This document shows positions 27,792 through 37,687 of a stretch of DNA of 64,000 nt, piece by piece. The notes under the pieces were generated by a model that ran no database searches, was not told where the DNA came from, and saw only the letters and a list, made by a program, of their open reading frames with translations. Where the stretch lies: contig NZ_CANKXW010000001.1 in assembly GCF_947487805.1 (NCBI RefSeq), positions 935,580-999,579 on the forward strand. The letters are read 5' to 3'. How positions within the stretch are numbered: position 1 is the stretch's first letter; each line of letters opens with the position of its first letter. The position numbers and the translations under genes were made by a program. The DNA is from an uncultured Tateyamaria sp. GTDB lineage: Bacteria > Pseudomonadota > Alphaproteobacteria > Rhodobacterales > Rhodobacteraceae.

Positions 27792-28592
27792 CTATTGTTG
27801 CTGCACCTGCAAGGACACAGACATCGCCTCGCCCGCCTGACCAAAGCGCATGCCCGAAATCGGCGCGGCCCCGCGGTAGTCAAGGCCCGTCGCCACGCGG
27901 ATATAGCGCGCATCGGGTGAAATCCCGTTCGAGACGTCAAAGCCGACCCAGCCCAGACCGGGAATATGCGCCTCGGCCCAGGCGTGGCTGGCATCCTGAT
28001 CGACGCGGTCGTCCATCATCAGATAGCCCGACACATACCGCGCCGGATATCCCATAGCGCGCGCGGCGGTGATAAAGACATGCGCATGGTCCTGACAGAC
28101 CCCATGGCCAGACGTCATCACATCCTCTGCCGACAGGTTCGACGCGGCCTGATCCGTGGAATAGGGCACCATCGACAGGATATGCGCTGACAGCGCATGC
28201 AGCGCGTCCAGATCGGTGTCGGCACGCGGCGCGCTGTCGACAAGCGCCGAGACACCGGGCCCCAGCCGCGTCAGGTCGGTGCTGCGCCGGAACAGCCACA
28301 GGGGCACAAATCCCCCCTGCATGCCCACAACGCCCGCCTGATCCTCGACATCGACGGTGCCGCGGCAGATGATCTCGATCTCGCTCTGGCCGGGGGTAAA
28401 GCTGACCAGTTCAACGGAATTGGCGTGCTCATCCTCGAAGGTGACCTCGACCTGCCCGCCAATCACCTCGATCTCCCACGCCTCGACCAGCTGGCCCGGA
28501 CGTGATTTCGGGCGCAGGCGCACCTGTTGCAGCCCGTAGAATACGGGTGCGTTGTAGGTGTAATGTGTGCGGTGTTCGACGTGCAGGCGCAT
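27792..28592 (-). CDS. transglutaminase-like cysteine protease family protein (with N-terminal Bact_transglu_N-like region)
   Basis: MRLHVEHRTHYTYNAPV... is the typical N-terminus. The Cys/His/Asp context reads GHGVCQDHAHVF ... ASHAWAEAHIPGLGWVGFDVSNG. Confidence 0.88.
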   Translation of the reverse strand: MRLHVEHRTHYTYNAPVFYGLQQVRLRPKSRPGQLVEAWEIEVIGGQVEVTFEDEHANSVELVSFTPGQSEIEIICRGTVDVEDQAGVVGMQGGFVPLWLFRRSTDLTRLGPGVSALVDSAPRADTDLDALHALSAHILSMVPYSTDQAASNLSAEDVMTSGHGVCQDHAHVFITAARAMGYPARYVSGYLMMDDRVDQDASHAWAEAHIPGLGWVGFDVSNGISPDARYIRVATGLDYRGAAPISGMRFGQAGEAMSVSLQVQQQ

Positions 28593-28595
28593 GAT

Positions 28596-29537
28596 CTATT
28601 CGCTGAACCGGTAGTCGATTTCGATCTGGCGGCCCAGGCTGGCACTGTCGCGCAGGAAATCCGAGATGAATTCGTGCAGGCCATAGTCAAAGATTGCGTT
28701 CATGTCATGGGCCTTGAATTTGTTGCACAGGCTGTCGGCCAGCGCGTGGCTGGTCTGACGCGTATCATACTCTTTCTCAATATACCCTAAATTCTCGCCA
28801 ATCTTGCCATAGCAAAAGGCAAGGCTGCGGGGCAGACGGCGATCCAGGATCAGGAATTGCGCGATGGCGCGGGGGTCGGATTCGCCCTCGTGCAGGGTCT
28901 GATAGGCGCGGGTCGTGGACGTGGCGCGCAGGATCGTGTCCCACTGGACATTGTCCGACGCACTGCCCACCAGCCGTACGGACGGCAGCAGGATATAGTA
29001 TTTCTGGTCGAGGATCCGCGCAGTGTTGTCGGCGCGTTCGAAAAACGTGCCGATCCGGCAGAAGTTGTAGATGTCATTGCGCACCATCGACCCGTGCGAG
29101 GCCCCGCGCACAAAGGCACTGCGCTGGCGAATGACTTGCAGCACCCGCGGCAGGTCACGGTCGGCAATCGGTTCGGCCAGCAGCTTTTTCAGCACCATGT
29201 AGCATTCGTTGACCGCCTCCCAGACCTCGCGGGTCAGGGCGGTGCGCACGACACGCGCATTGGTGCGCGCGGTCTCGATCCCCGCCATGACGCTGCCGGG
29301 GTTGCGCGGATCGCGCAGCAGGAAATCGATGATCTTGGGGCCGTCGGGCGCGCCGTGCACGGCCTCATAGGCAGATTTCACGCCCGTCGAAGACAGGATC
29401 GCGGTCCATTCGCTTTCGGCCGCACTCGACCGGGTCAGCGAGATGCGCAAACCCGCATCGATCATGCGCGCGGTGTTTTCCGCCCGTTCAAGATAGCGGA
29501 ACATCCAGAAAAGGCCGCCTGCGGTTTTGCCCAGCAT
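28596..29537 (-). CDS. alpha-E domain protein (DUF403-type)
   Basis: A 313-aa ORF (...FWMFRYLERAENTARMID...) with the repeated ERA-type helices typical of alpha-E proteins. There is a 3-nt gap to the transglutaminase gene. Confidence 0.85.
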   Translation of the reverse strand: MLGKTAGGLFWMFRYLERAENTARMIDAGLRISLTRSSAAESEWTAILSSTGVKSAYEAVHGAPDGPKIIDFLLRDPRNPGSVMAGIETARTNARVVRTALTREVWEAVNECYMVLKKLLAEPIADRDLPRVLQVIRQRSAFVRGASHGSMVRNDIYNFCRIGTFFERADNTARILDQKYYILLPSVRLVGSASDNVQWDTILRATSTTRAYQTLHEGESDPRAIAQFLILDRRLPRSLAFCYGKIGENLGYIEKEYDTRQTSHALADSLCNKFKAHDMNAIFDYGLHEFISDFLRDSASLGRQIEIDYRFSE

Positions 29538-29541
29538 CGCG

Positions 29542-30972
29542 TTACTCCTCCTCCAGCACCCAGGTGTCCTTGGTGCCTCCGCCCTGGCTCGAATTGACGA
29601 CCAGCGATCCTTCGGTCAGCGCCACGCGGGTCAGACCACCGGGCGTGATCTCGATCCGGTCGGGCGACACCAGCACAAAGGGGCGCAGGTCCACGTGGCG
29701 CGGGGCCAGGCCCGCATCCGTCAGGATCGGCACGGTGGACAGCGCCAGCGTTGGCTGCGCGATATAGTTGCCGGGGTTCGCCTCCAGCTTGGCACGGAAG
29801 GCACTGATTTCATTTTTCGACGCCGCAGGCCCCACCAGCATGCCGTAACCGCCCGATCCATGCACCTCCTTGACGACCAGTTCGGCAAGGTTGTCGAGCA
29901 CGTATTTCAACGCCTCAGGGTCCGAACAGCGGTGCGTCGGCACGTTTTGCAGGATCGCCTTTTCCCCGGTGTAGAATTCGACGATGTCGGGCATGTAGCT
30001 GTAGATCGCCTTGTCGTCGGCGATGCCTGTGCCCGGTGCATTGGCGATGGTAATGCCGCCCGCGCGGTACACGTCCATGATCCCCGGCACCCCCAGCATG
30101 CTGTCTGGGTTGAAATTCATCGGGTCGAGATATTCGTCATCGACCCGGCGATAGAGCACATCGATGGGCTTGTAGCCACGCGTTGTGCGCATCGCCACCC
30201 GCCCGTCGATGACGCGAAGGTCATGGCCCTCGACCAGTTCCGCGCTCATCTGATCTGCAAGAAATGCGTGTTCGTAATAGGCCGAGTTGTGGATGCCGGG
30301 GGTCAGGACGGCCAGCGTCGGGCGGCCGTTGCAGGCGTCAGGCGCGCAGGCCGACAGCGACCGGCGCAGCGACCTCGGGTACTGGCTGACGGGCTGGACC
30401 TTGACCTTGGAAAACAGCTCCGGGAACATGTGAAGCATCGTCTCGCGGTTCTCCAGCATATAGCTGACACCGGACGGGGTGCGGGCATTGTCCTCAAGCA
30501 CATAGAATTCGTCATCGCCCGTGCGCACAAGATCGGTGCCCACGATATGGGTGTAGATGTCGCCCGGCGGCGTCACCCCGATCATCTGCGGCAGGAACGC
30601 GTCATTGCGCGCGATCATCTCGGCGGGCAGGCGGCCCGCGCGCACGATTTCCTGCCGGTGGTAGATGTCATGCAGAAACGCGTTCAGCGCGCGCACCCGC
30701 TGTTCGATCCCCTTGGCCACGCGGGCCCATTCGCGCGCGGCGATGATGCGCGGCACCAGATCAAAGGGGATCAGACGTTCGGTGGCGTCCGGATCGCCGT
30801 AAACGTTGAACGTCACCCCGATCAGGCGAAACAGCGCCTCGGCCTCTTCGGACTTGGCGAGCAATCGCGCATTGTCTTCGGATTTGAACCAGTTGCAGTA
30901 GGCTTCGTAAGGGGCGCGGGGATCCGCGCCAAAGCCTGTCATCTCATCAAAGTAGGTGGGTTGCTTGGCCAT
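29542..30972 (-). CDS. circularly permuted type-2 ATP-grasp protein
   Basis: ORF 29542..30990(-). The start is ATG 30972 (MAKQPTYFDEM...) or 30990. The family character is long and conserved (...VLEDNARTPSGVSYMLENR..., ...LVVKEVHGSGGYGMLVGP...). There is a 4-nt gap to the alpha-E gene. Confidence 0.88.
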   Translation of the reverse strand: MAKQPTYFDEMTGFGADPRAPYEAYCNWFKSEDNARLLAKSEEAEALFRLIGVTFNVYGDPDATERLIPFDLVPRIIAAREWARVAKGIEQRVRALNAFLHDIYHRQEIVRAGRLPAEMIARNDAFLPQMIGVTPPGDIYTHIVGTDLVRTGDDEFYVLEDNARTPSGVSYMLENRETMLHMFPELFSKVKVQPVSQYPRSLRRSLSACAPDACNGRPTLAVLTPGIHNSAYYEHAFLADQMSAELVEGHDLRVIDGRVAMRTTRGYKPIDVLYRRVDDEYLDPMNFNPDSMLGVPGIMDVYRAGGITIANAPGTGIADDKAIYSYMPDIVEFYTGEKAILQNVPTHRCSDPEALKYVLDNLAELVVKEVHGSGGYGMLVGPAASKNEISAFRAKLEANPGNYIAQPTLALSTVPILTDAGLAPRHVDLRPFVLVSPDRIEITPGGLTRVALTEGSLVVNSSQGGGTKDTWVLEEE

Positions 30973-31202
30973 ACGTACCAGCCTGCACATTCTGACCCGG
31001 CCCGCAACCGGGTTGCTTGCGGCGCCTCATTGCGGGGCGGAAAGCGATGAAAAAACGGGCGTTTGTAAGCAAGGTCGGAACCGCATCGGGTTTGTCCGGC
31101 GCGCCATCCCCGCATATGATCTCGGGCGTGGTCAGCCGGTGGCGGGGGGGCGACCATGCCAGCCCCATGGCCGCCGCGCTGTCCGCGCCGGACGCCACCC
31201 AG

Positions 31203-31667
31203 TCAGAAATCGCGGCGCTGGCTTGCGTTTTCCAACCGGTCGATGACGCTGAACATCGTGGCGATTTCGTCCGCGGTCAGGGCGTCTGTCATGTGCCGCT
31301 GGCGTGCGCGCATGAGCGGCACAACGCGGTCATAGACCGCCTGTCCTTCCGGGGTAAGAGACAGGAGGCTCTGGCGGTGGTCGTCGGGGTCGATTTCGCT
31401 GGCGATATAGGCCTTCCTGACCAGCGCCTTGACCGCCCGCGACACCTGCGCCTTATCGATCTGTCCATCCCGCACCACGGTGGCCATGGTGCACTGACCG
31501 GTATCGGCCACCAACAGCAAAACCCGCCATTCCGTCTGGCCGACATCCGAATGCGTGCGGAGGATGTGTTGGGCCTGACTGTTGATCTGCGCCTGCAACC
31601 GCGCCAACCGAAAGGTCAGGAAGGCACGCAGGTTCAGCGGCGGGGTGTCGTCATTCATACTGTTCAT
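31203..31667 (-). CDS. MarR-family transcriptional regulator
   Basis: A 154-aa ORF with a winged-helix region, ...EWRVLLLVADTGQCTMATVVRDGQIDKAQVSRAVKALVRKAYI... Confidence 0.88.
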   Translation of the reverse strand: MNSMNDDTPPLNLRAFLTFRLARLQAQINSQAQHILRTHSDVGQTEWRVLLLVADTGQCTMATVVRDGQIDKAQVSRAVKALVRKAYIASEIDPDDHRQSLLSLTPEGQAVYDRVVPLMRARQRHMTDALTADEIATMFSVIDRLENASQRRDF

Positions 31668-31891
31668 GCCCCCAGCATGGGTAAATTGGTTGATGGGTCA
31701 ACGTTTTTTCCACGCAGCCCTCATACGGGTCTTGCCACCGGCCTCCGCGCCGTGACCCGGGGCCAAGTATAGGCGGAATCCCAGCCGATCAGAACACCCC
31801 CCGTCTTGGACCCGCTTGCGTACCGCAGGGTCGCCTGTGGACATGCGCGGGCATTCCGGCCACCTTGGCCGCAACAGGGAGGACAAAGACC

Positions 31892-33127
31892 ATGGACATG
31901 ACATTCACGCTGCGCCCCGAAAACCGCGATCTGCTGGACCGTGTGGCGGCGATGATCCGCGACGAGATCATGCCCATGGAGGACGAATACGCCGCCGAAG
32001 TCGGCAAGGGCGACCGCTGGCAATACACCGACCGCCAGACCGAGATTCTCGAAACGCTCAAGGCCAAGGCCAAGGCGGCGGGACTGTGGAATTTCTGGCT
32101 GACAGACAGCGACAAGGGCTTTGGCCTGTCCACGGTCGAATATGCGCACTTCGCCGAAGAGATGGGCAAGACGCCGCTGGGGGCGGAGGTGTTCAACTGC
32201 TCGGCCCCGGACACTGGCAACATGGAGGTGTTCGAACGCTACGGCACCGACCAGATGAAATCTGACTGGCTCGCGCCCCTGCTCGAAGGAAAAATCCGCT
32301 CGGCGTACCTGATGACCGAACCGGATGTGGCGTCTTCGGATGCGACCAACATTTCGATGTCCTGCGTGCGCGACGGGGATGAATATGTACTGAATGGTGA
32401 GAAGTACTGGGCCAGCGGCGCGGGCGATCCGCGCTGCAAGGTATACATCGTCATGGTCAAGACCGGTGGCGATGAAAACCCCAAGCACAAGCGCCAGTCC
32501 ATGATCGTTGTCCCCGCGGGGACAGAGGGCATCGAAATCCTGCGTCCCATGCTGGTCTATGGCCATGACGACGCTCCGCACGGACACATGCACATCCGGT
32601 TCACGAATGTGCGGGTGCCTGCGGAAAATATCCTGCTGGGCGAGGGGCGCGGCTTTGAGATTTCGCAAGGCCGCCTTGGGCCGGGCCGCATCCACCACTG
32701 CATGCGCGCCATCGGGCAGGCCGAAGCGGCGCTGGAACTGATGTGCAAACGCTCGCTGTCCAAAGAGGCGTTCGGCAAGCCGCTGGCGCAGCTGGGTGCC
32801 AACTATGACATCATCGCTGAATGCCGGATGGAGATCGAAATGGCGCGCCTGCTCTGCCTAAAGGCTGCGTGGATGATGGATCAGGGCGATGCGCGCGCCG
32901 CAGCCCCATGGATCAGCCAGATCAAGGTGGTGGCTCCGCGCGTGTCTCTCAAGGTCATCGACGAGGCGGTGCAGATGCATGGCGGTCAGGGGATCAGTCA
33001 GGACACGCCGCTCGCCAACGCCTGGACCCACCAACGCACGCTGCGGCTGGCCGATGGGCCCGACGCAGTGCACCGCAGGCAGGTCGCGCGCGCCGAGCTC
33101 AGGAAATACACCCAACGTCCGATGTAA
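31892..33127 (+). CDS. acyl-CoA dehydrogenase family protein (ACAD10/11 / FadE2-like)
   Basis: ORF 31865..33127(+). The start is ATG 31892 (GGGAGG upstream). ...[15 protein letters not shown]... and ...[14 protein letters not shown]... are ACAD motifs. Confidence 0.92.
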   Translation: MDMTFTLRPENRDLLDRVAAMIRDEIMPMEDEYAAEVGKGDRWQYTDRQTEILETLKAKAKAAGLWNFWLTDSDKGFGLSTVEYAHFAEEMGKTPLGAEVFNCSAPDTGNMEVFERYGTDQMKSDWLAPLLEGKIRSAYLMTEPDVASSDATNISMSCVRDGDEYVLNGEKYWASGAGDPRCKVYIVMVKTGGDENPKHKRQSMIVVPAGTEGIEILRPMLVYGHDDAPHGHMHIRFTNVRVPAENILLGEGRGFEISQGRLGPGRIHHCMRAIGQAEAALELMCKRSLSKEAFGKPLAQLGANYDIIAECRMEIEMARLLCLKAAWMMDQGDARAAAPWISQIKVVAPRVSLKVIDEAVQMHGGQGISQDTPLANAWTHQRTLRLADGPDAVHRRQVARAELRKYTQRPM

Positions 33128-33216
33128 GCCCAAAGGGCGACAGCGGCGGAAAACACTTGCACCGCGCAGGCTTTGCGCTGCTAAGTGACGCCTGTGATCA
33201 ATAACTGTGGTGCGAG

Positions 33217-34857
33217 ATGAAGGACATCGTTCCCGAACCGGTGGAATTGCGTAACCCGCAAGAGGTGATGCGATTGGCGCGCATGGGTGTGATGATGCCC
33301 ACGCGGATCAGTTTTCTGCGATCGCTGGTCCGTAGGCTCTGTGCCGAAAAGGCGCGGATCACCCGCACCCATTGGCAGATGTGCGAAGCCGGGTTCGGGC
33401 GCGCGGTCTATTCCGTGACGCTGGGCGGGCATGTCTACTCCCTTGTCGCCATCTCCAATGACCTGCCCGGCGAGGCGCGCAGCGACCGCGTGATCGCCAC
33501 CGCGTGGGACGCGGCCTTTGTCCTCTTTGACGGGGTGCCGGGGGCTGACGATATCGACCGCATTGCCGCGCAGGCCCCCTTGCAGGAGGCGGGCCGCTTT
33601 GGCCCCCGTGATCTGGTGCTGAGCCGGGCCAACAAGTCGGTGCGCATGTGGGACAACATCGTGGCTGCACTGCGCGCAGGCACGCAGCCTGACCGCGCGA
33701 TGATCCGCGACATCGGCTACCTGATGCGCACGACGGCCGTTTACGGCAACGGCAAGTTCGGCATCGCAGACCGTCACCTTGTGCAGGATCGTCCCGGTCT
33801 CTCGGGGCCGTTCGCGGTCGAGATGCTGGCCGTCTACATGATCCGGCACTTCACCTTGGATCTGGTGCAGCATGTGGGTGGTGGAGCACTGGACCGCGCG
33901 CTGGCGCGGCATCTGGGGATTGGCAACGCAACGGGGCTCGGCATGGCCCCGTTTCTGGTGACGCATCCTGTTCTTCTGAATAACTGGATGCTGGCGCGGG
34001 AAACCGCACTGGGCCGCGCACGCGCGGTCCCCGACCTGGCGCCCGAGGCGCAGGCGCACGTGGCTGGCCTGGCGCGACGTGCAGCGGCACATCTGGCCGA
34101 GTGGCATGTGCCCGGCCCGGAGGACGACAGCCTCCTGCGGACGCTGGAGGCAGACTGGGCGCGCTTTGCGCCGCGGTTCGATGACCTCTCCGGCACCGAC
34201 CCGCTTGACCGGCTGTGGCAGGCGGCACAAGGCGAGACACCGGCGTTGCAGGAACTGCTGGCCGCGCTGCTGATCGAAGCGGTGCCCGAGGCCGTGGACG
34301 GGTTGACCGAGTGCATGGCCGATCCGTTTGGCCCACTGGTCGCGCCGTTCGAGGACACGGACGATCTGCGCACCGCCATCGCGCGGGACTGGGCCTGGGC
34401 GCTGGAGCAGGACCATGCCGACCCGGCCCTCTGCCGCCGGTTCTGGTATGTCAGCATGGCCAAGCTGGAGCCGCGTCTGGGCGACCGGTTTCAAGAGCCG
34501 GGGGCCGAGCTGGAGACACCGCTGGACATCGCCCGCCGGGTGGCCGCACTGCACTGCGATTTGCCGGATGCGCCCGGCCGGGTGTCGGATTTCCTGGCCC
34601 TGCATCCCGAACATGCCCACGCGGTCAACCGCGTCGCGGTGCTGCGCCGCTATCCTTATGCCGAAATCCGCGACAGCCTGATTGCTGCGACGTGTCGCCC
34701 CATTGATATGCTGCGCTGCAAGCTCAGCTTCTTCGGAGCGACCAAATTCGACCCCAAGTCGGATTTGTGGACCCGGATCACGCTGGCGCAGGGCGCGCCT
34801 CTCGGGGACGAGCTGTCGCCGGAAAACGAGGACTGGTGGTTGCCGGTATTGGGATGA
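33217..34857 (+). CDS. conserved-looking hypothetical protein (546 aa), no family recognised
   Basis: A long ORF with strong G/C third-position bias and no competing ORF with better features. I could see no motif I recognise, no TM segments and no signal peptide. Confidence 0.75.
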   Translation: MKDIVPEPVELRNPQEVMRLARMGVMMPTRISFLRSLVRRLCAEKARITRTHWQMCEAGFGRAVYSVTLGGHVYSLVAISNDLPGEARSDRVIATAWDAAFVLFDGVPGADDIDRIAAQAPLQEAGRFGPRDLVLSRANKSVRMWDNIVAALRAGTQPDRAMIRDIGYLMRTTAVYGNGKFGIADRHLVQDRPGLSGPFAVEMLAVYMIRHFTLDLVQHVGGGALDRALARHLGIGNATGLGMAPFLVTHPVLLNNWMLARETALGRARAVPDLAPEAQAHVAGLARRAAAHLAEWHVPGPEDDSLLRTLEADWARFAPRFDDLSGTDPLDRLWQAAQGETPALQELLAALLIEAVPEAVDGLTECMADPFGPLVAPFEDTDDLRTAIARDWAWALEQDHADPALCRRFWYVSMAKLEPRLGDRFQEPGAELETPLDIARRVAALHCDLPDAPGRVSDFLALHPEHAHAVNRVAVLRRYPYAEIRDSLIAATCRPIDMLRCKLSFFGATKFDPKSDLWTRITLAQGAPLGDELSPENEDWWLPVLG

Positions 34858-35360
34858 TGGATTGGTCTTGGACGGAATTGCAGGCGTTGGGCGTCAAGGC
34901 GGCAAGCGGGGCGCAGGTGCCGCCTGCGCAGGCGCTGGCCTTTGGTGCGATGCTGGCCCGCCATCTCGCCGATGAGGGCGACGAGGCCCCGGTGCTGCGC
35001 GCGCTCGAGGCGCCGGATACGATTGTTGCGCTCGCCCACGCGGTCGAACGGCTGGTCGAGGCCGCGTCGATCAGCCCCGCAGGCACGGCGTCCACCCGCG
35101 AGGGCGATGCCGGGCGGCGGGCCTTGCTGGTCAGTTGGCTCAATGGCTTGCCGTGCCGGTCCGAGGTGTCGGTCGCGGGCGACACGGTCCGGGCCATGCT
35201 TTCGCTGGTGGAACCCAGCACGCGCGCACGGCCCGTCCGCATCGCTGTCAGCCAGCGATTGGCCGACGCGCTGCACGATCTCGCAGCGCGGACTTATGTG
35301 CCCGACAGTGCCGCATCCCGCGCGGGCGGTGCGGGTGCGGGGCTGATGGAACTGGATTAA
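34854..35360 (+). CDS. hypothetical protein (168 aa), possibly DUF3726-like
   Basis: ORF 34767..35360(+). The start is ATG 34854, overlapping the upstream stop (ATGA). The N-terminus [23 protein letters not shown]... and the C-terminal ...[14 protein letters not shown] remind me of DUF3726 proteins, but this is unverified. Confidence 0.6.
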   Translation: MMDWSWTELQALGVKAASGAQVPPAQALAFGAMLARHLADEGDEAPVLRALEAPDTIVALAHAVERLVEAASISPAGTASTREGDAGRRALLVSWLNGLPCRSEVSVAGDTVRAMLSLVEPSTRARPVRIAVSQRLADALHDLAARTYVPDSAASRAGGAGAGLMELD

Positions 35361-36130
35361 GCGGCGGCAAACGGGTCGGGATCGTATCCGACCCCGGCCA
35401 GGTAGAGCCCGCCCGGCGGGGACACCGGCCCGCAGGCGGCGCGGTCCCGGGCCGCAAGTGCTGCGCGCACATCGTCGGGCCGCCATGACCCTGCGCCCAC
35501 GCGTTCGAGTGTGCCTACAAAGCTGCGCACCTGATTGTGCAGAAAGGACCGCGCGCGCACGTCGAACTGCACCTCCGGCCCGTGCACGCCGGTTACCGCG
35601 CGAACGTCCAGCCGGTCGAGCGTCTTGACCGGGCTCTGCGCCTGACAGATCGACGACCGGAAGGTGGTAAAGTCGTGGTTGCCCAGCAGGTGATTTGCGC
35701 CCTCCTGCATGGCATCGATGTCCAGCGACTGGTTCACCCGCCACACCAGCCCGTCAAGATGCGTGGCAGGCGCGCGCCGCATCAGGATGCGGAACAGGTA
35801 CCGCCGCTCCAGCGCCGAGAACCGCGCGTGCCAGTCGTCGTCCACGCGCACGCAGGCGAGGATGGCAACGGGATGCGGCCGCAGATGATAGTTCAACGCC
35901 TCTGACAGGCGGAACGGATCCCAGTCCCTGTCCATGTCGCAATGGGCCACTTGGCCCAGCCCGTGCACGCCCGTATCGGTGCGCCCCGCGGCGGCGATGG
36001 TGTGGTCGCGCGGCTCAAGCCGGGCCAGTGCGGCCTCGATGGCGCCCTGCACCGAGCGCTGTTCGCGCTGGCGTTGCCAGCCCACGAAGGGGCCCCCGTG
36101 ATATTCGACCTTGAGCGCGTAGCGTGCCAT
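35357..36130 (-). CDS. truA: tRNA pseudouridine(38-40) synthase TruA
   Basis: [21 protein letters not shown]...[17 protein letters not shown]... includes the catalytic Asp motif RTDxGVH. Confidence 0.94.
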   Translation of the reverse strand: MARYALKVEYHGGPFVGWQRQREQRSVQGAIEAALARLEPRDHTIAAAGRTDTGVHGLGQVAHCDMDRDWDPFRLSEALNYHLRPHPVAILACVRVDDDWHARFSALERRYLFRILMRRAPATHLDGLVWRVNQSLDIDAMQEGANHLLGNHDFTTFRSSICQAQSPVKTLDRLDVRAVTGVHGPEVQFDVRARSFLHNQVRSFVGTLERVGAGSWRPDDVRAALAARDRAACGPVSPPGGLYLAGVGYDPDPFAAA

Positions 36131-36265
36131 GGCGGTGACCTAGCGCAGCGGCAGGGCCCGTGCAATCCCGCCACCGTCTGACGAGGGCGCGGGGAACGGC
36201 AAAGCGTTCCTCCCTCTGGCGGGCGGGGGTTCGGCCCCCTATGTTGCGCTGCACGAGTACGAAAG

Positions 36266-37687
36266 GTGGGCCGCGTGGTTCTGACAACACTTGCCGACGG
36301 GGTGCTGGATGTGGCCCAGGGCCTTTATGACACCGGTGCCGACCTGCTGGGAGAGCCGACGATCCGCCTTGGCGTGACGGGGCTGGCCCGGTCCGGCAAG
36401 ACGGTGTTCATCACCTCGCTGGTGGCCAACTTGCTGGACCGGGGGCGGATGCCGCACCTGCTGGCGGCGAGCGAGGGGCGCATCCACGCGGCCTTTCTGC
36501 AACCGCAGCCCGACGACACCGTGCCGCGGTTCGACTTCGAGGCCCATATCGGTGCGCTGACCGGACGGCCTCCGCATTGGCCTGACAGCACCCGCGCGGT
36601 CAGCGAGCTGCGCGTGTCGCTCAAGGTCAAGCCCAACGGGTTGCTGGCCGGATTGCAGGGGCCGCGCACCATCCACCTCGACATCATCGACTATCCCGGC
36701 GAATGGCTGCTGGATCTGGCGCTGCTGGACCAAAGCTTTGACGACTGGTCGCGCGGCACGCTGGAGCGGTTGCAGGGCCGCGACAGTGCGGTGGCGTTTC
36801 GCGCGGCACTGGGCGATGTGGACGGGGCCGCACGGCTTGACGAGGTGCAGGCCAAGATGCTGGCGGCGACCTTTACCGACTACCTCCATGCGGCGCGGGC
36901 GGCGGGGTTTTACGATTGCACGCCAGGGCGGTTCCTGCTGCCGGGTGATCTGGCGGGCTCTCCGGTGCTGACCTTTGCGCCGCTGCCGCCAGGTGAGGCG
37001 CCGCGCCGGTCGCTGCGCCGCGAAATGGCGCGCCGGTTCGAGGCCTACAAGGCGCGCGTGGTGCGCCCGTTCTTTCGCGACCACTTTGCCCGGATCGACC
37101 GGCAGGTCGTGCTGGTCGATGCGCTGGGGGCGATCCATTCGGGCCCTGCCGCGGTCGAGGACATGCGCGCGGCGATGGCCGAGATCCTGTCGGCCTTCCG
37201 CCCCGGGCGCAACGCGTTCCTGTCACAGCTGTTCCGGGGCAAGCGGGTCGAACGCATCCTCTTTGCCGCGACCAAGGCCGACCACCTGCACCACGCCCAG
37301 CACCCGCGCCTGACCGCGATCATGGAGGCGCTGACCCGCGAGGCCCGCGACCGCGCGCGCTTTGCCGGGGCGCAGACGCAGGCGCTGGCGCTGGCCGCAT
37401 TGCGGGCCACGACCGAGGACACGGTGCAGCACGAAGGCGCGCCGCTGGACGTGGTGCGCGGCACGTTGCTGGACAGCGGCAAACAGGCCGCGTTCTATCC
37501 CGGTGCGCTGCCCGAGGATCCCGCGCACATCCTGCGGCCCGCGCAGGCGGGGGCCGAGGCGTGGCTGGACGAGGATTATCAGGTGATGCGCTTTGCGCCC
37601 GCGCCGCTGACCCTGCGCCCCGGCGATGGTCCGCCGCATATGCGTATGGACCGCGCGGCACAGTTCCTGTTCGGTGACCGCCTGTGA
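36266..37687 (+). CDS. ycjX: YcjX-family P-loop NTPase (DUF463)
   Basis: Colinear by eye with E. coli YcjX: GLARSGKT (Walker A), DYPGEWLLDL, FDRQVVLVDAL, LFAATKADH and a C-terminal ...FLFGDRL. The start is GTG 36266 or GTG 36275 (AAGGTGG upstream). Confidence 0.88.
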   Translation: MGRVVLTTLADGVLDVAQGLYDTGADLLGEPTIRLGVTGLARSGKTVFITSLVANLLDRGRMPHLLAASEGRIHAAFLQPQPDDTVPRFDFEAHIGALTGRPPHWPDSTRAVSELRVSLKVKPNGLLAGLQGPRTIHLDIIDYPGEWLLDLALLDQSFDDWSRGTLERLQGRDSAVAFRAALGDVDGAARLDEVQAKMLAATFTDYLHAARAAGFYDCTPGRFLLPGDLAGSPVLTFAPLPPGEAPRRSLRREMARRFEAYKARVVRPFFRDHFARIDRQVVLVDALGAIHSGPAAVEDMRAAMAEILSAFRPGRNAFLSQLFRGKRVERILFAATKADHLHHAQHPRLTAIMEALTREARDRARFAGAQTQALALAALRATTEDTVQHEGAPLDVVRGTLLDSGKQAAFYPGALPEDPAHILRPAQAGAEAWLDEDYQVMRFAPAPLTLRPGDGPPHMRMDRAAQFLFGDRL

